A DNA stretch of 64,000 bases from Pseudonocardiaceae bacterium (GTDB lineage: Bacteria > Actinomycetota > Actinomycetes > Mycobacteriales > Pseudonocardiaceae). Location of the stretch: assembly GCA_036491115.1 (NCBI GenBank), contig DASXCQ010000089.1, positions 12,858 through 76,857 of the forward strand. The letters run 5' to 3'. Both the position numbers and the translations under genes were made by a program. Shown here one piece after another: positions 26,914-35,959 of this stretch. Within the stretch, counting starts at the first letter, position 1, and each line of letters begins with the position of its first letter. The notes under the pieces are model-generated. The model ran no database searches, had not been told where the DNA came from, and saw only the letters and a list, made by a program, of their open reading frames with translations.

Positions 26914-27413
26914 AGCGGCGGGCGAACGGCCCGGACGAGCCGGAGCAGGCGCGGCTGGCCAGGAACATGGGCGAGCTGCTGCAGGAACTGCGCGTCGTGC
27001 AGGCGGGCGTGCAGATCCTGTTCGCGTTCCTGCTGTCGGTGGCGTTCACCGCCCGGTTCGCGCAGGCGTCGCAGTTCGAGCGGGCCACCTTGGTCGTCAC
27101 CGTGGGGCTGACAACGGTGTCGGCCGTGCTGCTGATGGCGCCCGCCGCGTGGCACCGGGTGTACTTCCGGGAGGGCAGGCGCGAGGACATCCTGCGGTGG
27201 GGCAACCGGTTCGCGCTGGTCGGTCTGGCGTTCCTGGCCACGGCGATGAGCGGGGCCGTGCTGCTGGTGGTGCACGTCGTGTTCGGCACCACGGTCGCCG
27301 TCGTGTACGCGTCCTGCGCGGCCGTGTTGTTCTACACGGTCTGGTTCCTGCTGCCGGTGGCCAGGCGCCACCGGGCGCCCAGGGACGATGACGACGAGGG
27401 GCGTGCGCCCTAA
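26910..27413 (+). CDS. DUF6328-like membrane protein
   Basis: RNMGELLQELRVVQAGVQILFAFLL, then TM helices. ATGA overlap with the nrfD-like stop. Confidence 0.65.
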   Translation: MKRRANGPDEPEQARLARNMGELLQELRVVQAGVQILFAFLLSVAFTARFAQASQFERATLVVTVGLTTVSAVLLMAPAAWHRVYFREGRREDILRWGNRFALVGLAFLATAMSGAVLLVVHVVFGTTVAVVYASCAAVLFYTVWFLLPVARRHRAPRDDDDEGRAP

Positions 27414-27853
27414 CCGCTGGTCTTGGTCATCCTGATGTAGACCCGGGAGGGCAGCCCGTCGCCCGGCGCGGTCCAGCTGGCCAGTTCGTCGGTGAGGGCG
27501 ACCAGCACGCGCCAGCCGAAGGTGTCGCGCGCGATCGGCAGGCCGGTGTCCGACCGGACCGACGCCTCCACCCCCACCGAGTGCGGAGCCGTGTGGAACC
27601 GGCAGGTCAGCCGCTCGCCGTCACTGGCCCGCAGCACCAGCGCGGAGCACAGCTCGTCCACCGCGAGCTTGACGTCCTCGACCTCGTCCAGGTCGAAGTC
27701 CTGCCGCAGGGCCAGCGCCGCGGCGAGTGATCGGAGCACGAACATCTGGGACAGCTCCGCGCCGACCCGGACCTCGACACTGCCTCCGGTGGTCAGGCCA
27801 CCGTTCTGCCCGTGTCCTCCGGGAGCCACCCCGTGTCCTCCGTCCAACCGCAT
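27410..27853 (-). CDS. RsbW/UsfX-like anti-sigma factor (HATPase-like fold; N-box not conserved)
   Basis: VEVRVGAELSQMFVLRSLAAAL...VKLAVDELCSALVLRA. ATG at 27853. Confidence 0.7.
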   Translation of the reverse strand: MRLDGGHGVAPGGHGQNGGLTTGGSVEVRVGAELSQMFVLRSLAAALALRQDFDLDEVEDVKLAVDELCSALVLRASDGERLTCRFHTAPHSVGVEASVRSDTGLPIARDTFGWRVLVALTDELASWTAPGDGLPSRVYIRMTKTSG

Positions 27854-27944
27854 CGCCGACGTGCCTGTCGTGGGCTGAATACCCAGCGTCGACTGCCCGA
27901 AACTAAGCTGTGCGGCGTCGCGACACAACGAGGAGGTGCCCACG

Positions 27945-28322
27945 GTGGCGCCAGGAGACACCACGAAGCCCGCCGCGGACGGGCTGCGCGTCGAGCGCAC
28001 CGACAACGGCACCATCGCCGTGTTCGGTGTCAGCGGCGAGGTCGACATTCTCACCGCGCCCCATCTGGACCGGGCGGTCGCCGAGGTCTACGGGACCGGC
28101 GTGACGCACGTGGTGCTGGACCTGACCGGGGTGCCGTTCCTGAGTTCGGCCGGGCTGTCCGTGCTGGTCGACCACCATGCCAGGGGTAAGCGCGACGGTG
28201 TCGGGCTCAGTGTCGTGGCCACCCAGCCGGCCACGCTGCGGGCCATCCAGATGACCGCGCTGGACCGGATGTTCCCGCTGTACACGTCGGCCGAGGAGGC
28301 AGTGGCTGCCGCGGCGGGGTAA
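27945..28322 (+). CDS. STAS-domain anti-sigma-factor antagonist (RsbV/SpoIIAA-like)
   Basis: VFGVSGEVDILTAPHL...VVLDLTGVPFLSSAGLSVL. AGGAGG at 27931-27936, GTG at 27945. Confidence 0.8.
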   Translation: MAPGDTTKPAADGLRVERTDNGTIAVFGVSGEVDILTAPHLDRAVAEVYGTGVTHVVLDLTGVPFLSSAGLSVLVDHHARGKRDGVGLSVVATQPATLRAIQMTALDRMFPLYTSAEEAVAAAAG

Positions 28323-28426
28323 CGACGCTCCACAGTGGACTTGAACTCAGTTCGCGGTCACCCGGCCCGGCAGTCGGTGGTGGGGCGCACACTGTGTGGA
28401 ACGCACGCGGGTCGAGTGGAGGACGG

Positions 28427-29821
28427 ATGACCGGGGTCGGCGATCTGATCGCTGAGCGCTATCGGGTGGTCGCCCAGGTCGGCAGCGGGTCGATGGGTGT
28501 GGTGTGGCGGGCGACGGACGAGCTGCTGCACCGCGACGTCGCCGTCAAGGAGCTGCTGTTACAGCCGGGGATCACCGAGGAACAGGCCGACGAGGCGAGA
28601 CGCCGCACCATGCGCGAGGGCCGGATCACCGCGCGGCTGCAACACCCGAACGCGATCACCGTCTACGACGTGGCCGAACACGACGGCAGGCCCTGCCTGG
28701 TCATGCAGTACGTGCCCTCGCAGAGCCTGGCCGACCGGTTGGCCGAGCGCCGCTGGCTGCCGCCCGCCGACGTGGCGACCATCGGCCGCGCGCTGGCGGG
28801 CGCGCTGGCCGCCGCCCACGCGGCCGGGATCGTGCACCGGGACGTCAAGCCGGGCAACGTGTTGCTCACCGAGGACGGCACCGCGATGCTGACCGACTTC
28901 GGCATCTCGCGGGCCGTGGGCGACGGCACGGTGACCGCGACCGGCGTGCTCGCCGGCACCCCCGCGTACCTGGCGCCCGAGGTGGTGCAGGGGCAGGACG
29001 CCGACTTCCGCAGTGACGTGTTCTCCCTCGGCGCCACCCTGTACGCCGCTGTCGAGGGCGTGCCGCCGTTCGGCCTGTCGGACAACCCGATCGCGCTGCT
29101 GCACAAGATCGCCACCGAGAACATCGCGCCGCCGAAGCAGGCCGGCGACCTGACCAAGGCGCTCACCTGGATGCTCAAGCGCGACCCGGCCGAGCGGCCG
29201 ACGATGGGCCAGACGGTGGCGGCGCTGTCCATCGCGGGCGGCGAGTTCGTACTCCCGCCGCGCCCATCACCCCGGTCCGGGCGGACCGGGGACAAGCGGT
29301 CGCGGGCGATGCGCTCGGGTATCATCGCGCTGATCGTCATCGCGGTGGCCATCCTGCTCACCACACTGCCGCATCGCGGCGGTACGCGGCCGGGCGCCCG
29401 GACGGGGGCGACGACGACTGGTCAGTCGACGACCGTTGAGCAGCCCACGACGACCACTCCTGCTCCCACTCCCACGACCACCGCCACGGCCGCCGCTTCG
29501 CCCTCCGGTCAGCTCGCGACGACGATCGAGGACTACTACAAGCTGGTGCCCGGCGACCTGAACACGGCGTGGAACCGGATGACGGCGGACTACCAGCGCA
29601 ATCACGCCGGCGGCCGGTCCGGCTACCAGTCGTTCTGGTCGGCGGTCGACAGCGTCTCGGTCGCCGACGTGACGGCCCGGCCGCCGGATGCGGTGACCGC
29701 GACCATCAGCTATCACTACGCGGACCACACCGACGTCGAGCGGACCAGTTTCGGACTGGTCCGGCAGGCCGGACAATGGAAGATCGCCAGTTCCGACGTC
29801 TTGAGTCATCATCGAGAGTGA
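28427..29821 (+). CDS. Transmembrane Ser/Thr protein kinase with Thr/Pro-rich linker and extracytoplasmic domain
   Basis: GSGSMGVVW, VAVKEL, HRDVKPGNVLL, DFGISR and GTPAYLAPE. A TM segment IIALIVIAVAILL is present. Confidence 0.9.
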   Translation: MTGVGDLIAERYRVVAQVGSGSMGVVWRATDELLHRDVAVKELLLQPGITEEQADEARRRTMREGRITARLQHPNAITVYDVAEHDGRPCLVMQYVPSQSLADRLAERRWLPPADVATIGRALAGALAAAHAAGIVHRDVKPGNVLLTEDGTAMLTDFGISRAVGDGTVTATGVLAGTPAYLAPEVVQGQDADFRSDVFSLGATLYAAVEGVPPFGLSDNPIALLHKIATENIAPPKQAGDLTKALTWMLKRDPAERPTMGQTVAALSIAGGEFVLPPRPSPRSGRTGDKRSRAMRSGIIALIVIAVAILLTTLPHRGGTRPGARTGATTTGQSTTVEQPTTTTPAPTPTTTATAAASPSGQLATTIEDYYKLVPGDLNTAWNRMTADYQRNHAGGRSGYQSFWSAVDSVSVADVTARPPDAVTATISYHYADHTDVERTSFGLVRQAGQWKIASSDVLSHHRE

Positions 29822-29847
29822 CATCGGCAGCAGGAAACAGGAGCGCC

Positions 29848-31335
29848 ATGACCGCCACCCACGTTGACGTGCTCGTCGTCGGTGCCGGCCTGTCCGGCAT
29901 CGGCGCCGGTTACCGCATGCAGACCCGGACGCCCGGCAAGACATACGCGATCCTCGAGGCACGGCACGCCATCGGCGGCACGTGGGACCTGTTCCGCTAC
30001 CCAGGGGTGCGGTCGGACTCGGACATGTTCACGCTCAGCTACCCGTTCCGGCCGTGGACCAACCCGAAGTCGATCGCGGACGGCCCGGCGATCGTGAACT
30101 ACATCCGGTCGACGGCGGCGAAGTACCGGATCGAGCGGCACATCCGGTTCGGTCACCGGGTGGTGCGGGCGTCGTGGTCGACGCAGGACGCGCGCTGGAC
30201 GGTGGACGCCGAGCACGACGGTTCGACGGTGACGTTCACGTGCTCGTTCCTGTACCTGTGCAGCGGCTACTACAGCTACACCGGCGGGCATGTGGTCGAG
30301 TTCCCTGGTCAGTCGGACTTCGCCGGGCCCGTGGTGCACCCGCAGCAGTGGCCGGCGGATCTGGACTACGCCGGCAAGCGCGTGGTGATCATCGGTAGTG
30401 GCGCGACGGCGGTGACGCTGGTGCCGGCGATGGCCGACGCGGGTGCCGCCCATGTGACGATGTTGCAGCGCTCGCCCAGTTACGTGGTGGCGCGGCCGAC
30501 GGCCGACCCGATGGCCGACCGGTTGCGCTCGCTGCTGCCCGGTCATCTGGCGCATCGGGCGATTCGCGGGCGCAACGTGGTGATGTCGACGTTGTTCTAT
30601 CAGATGTTCCGGCGGTTGCCGGAGCGGTCGGCAACGATGTTGATGGCCGGTGTGGAGAAGGCCGTTGAGGGTGCGATTGCCGTTGATCCGCATTTCAAGC
30701 CGAAGTACAAGCCGTGGGACCAGCGGATGTGCCTGGTGCCTGATGGGGACCTGTTCCGGGTGATCCGGGAGCGCAAGGCCGATGTGGTGACGGATCGGAT
30801 CTCGCGGTTCACCGCGTCGGGTATCGAGTTGGTGTCCGGTGCCACGTTGCCTGCTGATGTCATCGTTACCGCTACCGGGTTGCGGATGGTGGCGTTCGGG
30901 GACATCGAGATGTCCGTGGACGGTGAGGTGGTCAAGGCTCATGACACTACCGTCTACAAGGGAATGATGTTCTCCGGGATTCCCAATTTGGCCTGGTGTG
31001 TTGGTTATGTGAACAACTCGTGGACGTTGCGGGCCGATCTTACTACTCAGTATGTTTGTCGGTTGATCAATCATATGGCTCGGCACGGGTATGACTACTG
31101 CGTGCCTGCCGTGTCGGAGTCCGACGCGGATGATGGTCGGCCGTTGTTGGATCTCACTTCTGGGTATATTCAGCGGGCTGCCGCTGTCATGCCGCATCAG
31201 GGGACTCGGCAGCCTTGGCGGCACCGGCAGAACTATCTGGTTGATCTTGCCACCATGCGGTTGCGGCGGGTCAATGACGGGGCGATGCGGTTTGGCCGTT
31301 CCGGGATTCGGGCCGGGGATCGGACTGCTGCCTGA
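29848..31335 (+). CDS. Flavin-containing / Baeyer-Villiger-type monooxygenase (EthA-like)
   Basis: VLVVGAGLSGIGAGY, FRYPGVRSDSDMF (BVMO-type fingerprint region) and VVIIGSGATAV. Confidence 0.85.
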   Translation: MTATHVDVLVVGAGLSGIGAGYRMQTRTPGKTYAILEARHAIGGTWDLFRYPGVRSDSDMFTLSYPFRPWTNPKSIADGPAIVNYIRSTAAKYRIERHIRFGHRVVRASWSTQDARWTVDAEHDGSTVTFTCSFLYLCSGYYSYTGGHVVEFPGQSDFAGPVVHPQQWPADLDYAGKRVVIIGSGATAVTLVPAMADAGAAHVTMLQRSPSYVVARPTADPMADRLRSLLPGHLAHRAIRGRNVVMSTLFYQMFRRLPERSATMLMAGVEKAVEGAIAVDPHFKPKYKPWDQRMCLVPDGDLFRVIRERKADVVTDRISRFTASGIELVSGATLPADVIVTATGLRMVAFGDIEMSVDGEVVKAHDTTVYKGMMFSGIPNLAWCVGYVNNSWTLRADLTTQYVCRLINHMARHGYDYCVPAVSESDADDGRPLLDLTSGYIQRAAAVMPHQGTRQPWRHRQNYLVDLATMRLRRVNDGAMRFGRSGIRAGDRTAA

Positions 31336-31494
31336 GGTCTCGACCCCAGGGTTCGGGTGGCACTCCGCCACGAGGAGGAACGGATCAGCCACTCAGGACC
31401 TACCACCGAGTGACCGTCCGAACACGACCCGCCATCATCACGGAACGAAATCACCACTGGTCACCGCCAGTGCGGCGATCTACGCTCAGCAACC

Positions 31495-32541
31495 ATGACG
31501 GATTCCGACCGGGTCGAGATGGTCGGTGTCGACGACCTGCTGGAGTCCGGTGAGGACATCGGCACGGTTCGAAGACGCCGGCGCTGGGGGCGCGCCGCGG
31601 TGCAGGTCAGCGTCGGCGTGCTGGCCCTGGTCGTGCTGGGCACCGCCGGTCTCGTCTGGCACGTGACCAACTCGGTGACCGGGTCCGTGCACACCGAGCC
31701 AGTGGCTGGGCTGGCGCCAAGTGGCGACACGAACGGCAAGCCGGTGACCGTCCTGCTGCTCGGCTCCGACCTGCGCCTGGGTCCCGACAAGACGGACGGC
31801 GTCACCGGCCAACGGGCCGACTCGATCATGTTGATCCGCATGACCGCCGACCGCAGCCGGATCGACGTCCTCTCCATCCCGCGCGACTCGTGGGTGCCGA
31901 TTCCCGGCATGGGCACCGCGAAGATCAACGCGTCACTCAACGGCGGGCCATCGCTCGTGGTCAAGACCGTCGAGAAACTGACCGGCATCCCGATCGACCA
32001 CGTGATGGTGATGGACTTCGACGGCGTCCGCGACCTGACCGACGCGCTGGGCGGCGTGATCGTACTCAACGAGCACGCCATCACCGATCCCCGCAACGGC
32101 AACCACTTCCCCGCCGGCACACTGCACCTGTCCGGCAACCAGGCACTGCTCTACGTGCGGATCCGCTACGGGCTGCCGGGCGGCGACTTCGACCGGATCG
32201 ATCACCAGCAGCAGGTGGTGGCCGGGATCAGCGAGAAACTCCGATCCGAGGACGTGCTGGGCAAGCCACTGCTGGCCACCCAGATCGTGCGGATCGTGGC
32301 GGGCAACCTGACCGTCGACTCGGGTCTGACGCCGAACCTGATGACCCAGCTGCTGGTCGACACGCTGTCCACCCCGCAGTCGAACACCCACTTCTACACG
32401 GCGCCCTCGGCCGGGTTCGGGCGCAGCTCGGACGGTCAGTCGTACGTGAAACTGGACAGCGCGAAGCTGGCCGCCGCGTGTGCCGCGATGTCGGCCGGCA
32501 AACCGGTGCCGCTGCCCGGTACCCCGATCAGCCTGCCATGA
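31495..32541 (+). CDS. LCP (LytR-CpsA-Psr) family protein
   Basis: N-terminal TM helix, then VLLLGSD...RADSIMLIRM...SIPRDSWV...KINA. Confidence 0.85.
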   Translation: MTDSDRVEMVGVDDLLESGEDIGTVRRRRRWGRAAVQVSVGVLALVVLGTAGLVWHVTNSVTGSVHTEPVAGLAPSGDTNGKPVTVLLLGSDLRLGPDKTDGVTGQRADSIMLIRMTADRSRIDVLSIPRDSWVPIPGMGTAKINASLNGGPSLVVKTVEKLTGIPIDHVMVMDFDGVRDLTDALGGVIVLNEHAITDPRNGNHFPAGTLHLSGNQALLYVRIRYGLPGGDFDRIDHQQQVVAGISEKLRSEDVLGKPLLATQIVRIVAGNLTVDSGLTPNLMTQLLVDTLSTPQSNTHFYTAPSAGFGRSSDGQSYVKLDSAKLAAACAAMSAGKPVPLPGTPISLP

Positions 32542-32566
32542 CGGGCGCTCGTGGCATGATCGAGTA

Positions 32567-33322
32567 ATGGCGCGGTCCCGCGAGTCGGTGCTGACCAGGG
32601 CCGTTCGGATCTTCGACGCGTTCACGCCGGACGAGCCGGTGCTCCAGGTCTCCGAGATCGCCCGGCGCTCCGGGCTGCACCTGGCCACGGCGTCCCGGCT
32701 GGTGGCCGAACTGGTGGAACACGGCCTGCTGGTCAGGGGCTCCGACCGCAGGGTGCGGGTGGGTGTGCGGATGTGGGAGCTGGCGCTGCGCGCGTCGCCC
32801 GCGCTGACCCTGCGGGACACCGCGATGCCGTTCATGGCGGACGCGCACGCCGTGCTCGGCCAGCACGTCCAACTCGGTCTGCGGGACGGCACCGAGGTGA
32901 TCTTCGTGGAGCGGCTGTCCGCGCCCGGCGCGGTGATCAACTACACCCGGATCGCCGGCCGGCTGCCGTTGCACGCCTCCTCGTCCGGGCAGGTGTTGCT
33001 CGCGTTCGGCCCAACGGACCTGCAGGAAACCGTGCTGCGCGGCAGGCTGGCCCGCTACACCCCGCACACGATCACCTCGCCCGCCGCCCTGCGCACCACG
33101 CTGGCCGAGATCCGCCGGCAGGGCTACGCCTGGTGTCCCGGCCACATCCACGTCGACGCGCTCGGCGTGGCCGTGCCGATCCGGGACGGCAGGGGCACGG
33201 TGGTGGCCGCACTGGCCGCGATCGTGCCGAACAACGAGGACGGCCACACCGTGCCGGGCGTCCTGCTGACGGCCGCCCGCGGCATCAGCCGGGGAATCTC
33301 CGGTTCGCCTCTCACTCAGTGA
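32567..33322 (+). CDS. IclR-family transcriptional regulator
   Basis: SVLTRAVRIFDAF...LQVSEIARRSGLHLATASRLVAELVEHGLL, followed by an effector domain. Confidence 0.85.
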   Translation: MARSRESVLTRAVRIFDAFTPDEPVLQVSEIARRSGLHLATASRLVAELVEHGLLVRGSDRRVRVGVRMWELALRASPALTLRDTAMPFMADAHAVLGQHVQLGLRDGTEVIFVERLSAPGAVINYTRIAGRLPLHASSSGQVLLAFGPTDLQETVLRGRLARYTPHTITSPAALRTTLAEIRRQGYAWCPGHIHVDALGVAVPIRDGRGTVVAALAAIVPNNEDGHTVPGVLLTAARGISRGISGSPLTQ

Positions 33323-33365
33323 GAGGGCTCTCGCGTGGCCACCGACCGCCCGCGATGCTGAGCGG

Positions 33366-34310
33366 ATGACGAGCAGAGCCGCTCTCGTGGTCACCGCGAT
33401 GGAGGACCTGTCCGACGGGGTGGTCGGGGTGACCCTGGCGTATCCGGACGGCGCCCGGCTGCCGGACTGGACGCCCGGCGCCCACATCGACGTCGTGCTC
33501 CCCAACGAGAAGGCCAGGCAGTTCTCCCTGTGCGGCGACCGCTGGGACGCGCACACCTACCGGATCGGCGTGCTCCGCGAACCGAACGGGCGCGGCGGGT
33601 CGGCGTACGTGCACGACATGCTGCGGCCCGGCGACCGGGTCGGGCTCGGCGGACCGCGCAACAACTTCCCGCTCGTGCCGGCAACCCGCTACCTGTTCGT
33701 GGCGGGCGGGATCGGGATCACGCCGCTGCTGCCGATGATCGAGCAGGCCGACGCGCTGGACGCCGACTGGCGACTCCTGTACGGCGGCCGGCGGCACTCG
33801 TCGATGGCGTTCCTGCCGGAACTAGCCCGATACGGCGACAAGGTCGTGGTGGCGCCGGAGGACGAGTGCGGGCTGCTGGACCTGCCCGGCTGGCTCGGCG
33901 TGCCGCAGCCCGGCACCCGGGTCTACTGCTGCGGCCCCGCTCCGCTGCTGGCCGCCGCCGAACAGCTGTGCCAGAACTGGCCGCCGTACTCGCTGCACGT
34001 GGAACGGTTCACTCCCAAGGAGTTCGGCGCGCCGGTACGGCCGGGGCCGTTCGAGGTGGAGCTGCGCCGGTCCGGTCGCACGGTCACCGTGCCGGACGGC
34101 TCGTCGGTGCTGACCGCACTGCGGCTGGCCGGGGTCGGCGTGCTGTCGTCGTGCCAGCAGGGCGTGTGCGGCACCTGCGAGACGACCGTGCTGGACGGCC
34201 TGCCCGACCACCGGGACTCGATCCTCGCCGACCACGAACGCGACGCGGGCGACCGCATGTACGTCTGCGTGTCCGGCTCCCGCACCGACCGCATCGTTCT
34301 CGACCTGTGA
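33366..34310 (+). CDS. PDR/VanB-family oxidoreductase (FMN/NAD-binding domain plus 2Fe-2S ferredoxin domain)
   Basis: RQFSLCG, GGIGITPLL and CQQGVCGTCET. Confidence 0.85.
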   Translation: MTSRAALVVTAMEDLSDGVVGVTLAYPDGARLPDWTPGAHIDVVLPNEKARQFSLCGDRWDAHTYRIGVLREPNGRGGSAYVHDMLRPGDRVGLGGPRNNFPLVPATRYLFVAGGIGITPLLPMIEQADALDADWRLLYGGRRHSSMAFLPELARYGDKVVVAPEDECGLLDLPGWLGVPQPGTRVYCCGPAPLLAAAEQLCQNWPPYSLHVERFTPKEFGAPVRPGPFEVELRRSGRTVTVPDGSSVLTALRLAGVGVLSSCQQGVCGTCETTVLDGLPDHRDSILADHERDAGDRMYVCVSGSRTDRIVLDL

Positions 34311-34318
34311 GGCCAGCC

Positions 34319-35503
34319 ATGATCGACACGCTGCCCGTCAACGACACCGACCCGTTCGGTCACGACGTGCTGGAGAACCCCGATCCGTTCCACGCCGAGT
34401 TGCGCGACGCCGGTCCGGTGGTGCACCTGACCCGGCACGACGTCTACGCCATGGCCCGCTACACCGAGGTGCGGGCCGCGCTGGTGAACTGGCAGGACTA
34501 CCAGTCCGGCGCGGGCGTCGGCCTGTCCGACTTCCGCCGGGAGACACCGTGGCGGCCGCCGAGCCTGGTGCTGGAGGCCGACCCGCCGCACCACGACGCG
34601 CCGCGCCGGGTGCTGGCCGAGGTGCTCAGCCCGCGTGCCCTGCGCGACCTGCGGCAGCACTGGTTCGACGAAGCCGAACGCCTGGTGGACAAGGTTCTGG
34701 TGCGGGACGAACTGGACGCGGTGCCGGAACTGGCCGAGGCGTTTCCGCTGGCCGTGTTCCCGGACGCGGTCGGGCTCGGCCAGGCAGGCCGGGAGAACCT
34801 GCTGCCGTACGGGAACTACGCGTTCAACGCGTTCGGGCCGCGCAACGACCTGGTGATCGCCGGTGCGCCGGACATGCCGGGGTGGTCGGCCTGGGTGAAC
34901 GACCAGTGCGGCCGGGAAGCGTTGTCCGGCAACGGTTTCGGCGCGGCCATCTGGGCAGCGGCCGACCGGGGTGAGCTGACCGAGCAGCAGGCGCCGTTGC
35001 TGGTGCGCTCGCTGCTGTCCGCGGGCGTGGACACGACGGTGCACGGGATCGCCGCCGTGCTGTTCGCCTTCGCCACCCACCCGGACCAGTGGGCCCGCCT
35101 GCGGGCCGAACCGTCGCTGGCCAGGATCGCGTTCGACGAGGCGGTGCGCTGGCAGTCGCCGGTCCAGACGTTCTTCCGCACCACGACAAGGGAAACCGAG
35201 ATCTCCGGTTCGGTGGTGCCGGAGGGCAGGAAGATCCTGATGTTCCTGGGCGCGGCGAACCGCGATCCGCGCCGCTGGACCGACCCGGACCGCTTCGACC
35301 TGGCCCGCGACCCGTCCGGCCAGGTCGGCTTCGGCATGGGCATCCACCAGTGCATCGGCCAGCACGTCGCCCGGTTGGAGGCCGAGGCGGTGCTCACCGC
35401 GCTGGCCGCCAGGGTGACCACGATCGAACTGGCCGCGGCGCCGGTGCGGCAGCACAACAACACGTTGCGGGCGTGGCGGTCGCTGCCGCTGCGGTTCACC
35501 TGA
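34319..35503 (+). CDS. Cytochrome P450
   Basis: AGVDTT (I-helix), EAVRW (ExxR) and the heme loop FGMGIHQCIGQ. 394 aa. Confidence 0.9.
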   Translation: MIDTLPVNDTDPFGHDVLENPDPFHAELRDAGPVVHLTRHDVYAMARYTEVRAALVNWQDYQSGAGVGLSDFRRETPWRPPSLVLEADPPHHDAPRRVLAEVLSPRALRDLRQHWFDEAERLVDKVLVRDELDAVPELAEAFPLAVFPDAVGLGQAGRENLLPYGNYAFNAFGPRNDLVIAGAPDMPGWSAWVNDQCGREALSGNGFGAAIWAAADRGELTEQQAPLLVRSLLSAGVDTTVHGIAAVLFAFATHPDQWARLRAEPSLARIAFDEAVRWQSPVQTFFRTTTRETEISGSVVPEGRKILMFLGAANRDPRRWTDPDRFDLARDPSGQVGFGMGIHQCIGQHVARLEAEAVLTALAARVTTIELAAAPVRQHNNTLRAWRSLPLRFT

Positions 35504-35532
35504 CCCGCACCCTGCGGCCACACGAGTCGGCG

Positions 35533-35945
35533 GTGACCACGGCGGCCGGCCCGACGTTCAACCTGAACCCGGCCAACGCCCGTTCCCTGGAAGGGATCTA
35601 CCGCAAGCACCGGGGCGTGTTCCGCCACACAGCGGTCACACCCATCGGAACAAGCGGACCTCGTCCGGCGAGGGCGACGCCCAGGCCGGTGCGGTCGACC
35701 AGCAGGTGGAGTTCCTGGAGGTGGCGGCGACGAAGGAGTACCCCGGCGGATACTCGCTGCTGAAGGTGTTCACCGGCGGGTATCAGGTCAATTTCTACAA
35801 GACCCGTGACGACCTGGCCCGACAGTGGTCGCAACGCACGCGGGGCGAGTACTTCGGCATCTACCCGCACTACACTCTGGGCACCGTCGGCGACCGCAAC
35901 CACACCGTGGTGCGAGATCTGTCCGGACTGCACCCGGTTCACTGA
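35533..35945 (+). pseudogene. Possible frameshifted small gene of unknown family (only the 3' part, 35706..35945, is an intact ORF)
   Basis: Coding-like composition in two frames: TTAAGPTFNLNPANARSLEGIYRKHRGVFRHTAVTPIG, then SSGEGDAQAGAVDQQVEFLEVAATKEYPGGYSLLKVFTGGYQVNFYKTRDD. There is no SD at 35706. Confidence 0.25.
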
Positions 35946-35959
35946 TCCGTTTTGGGGGC

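Noticed and set aside
33308-33326. 7-bp inverted repeat CCTCTCA-n5-TGAGAGG overlapping the IclR stop codon
   Set aside because: It is too short and weak to call a terminator or operator with any confidence.
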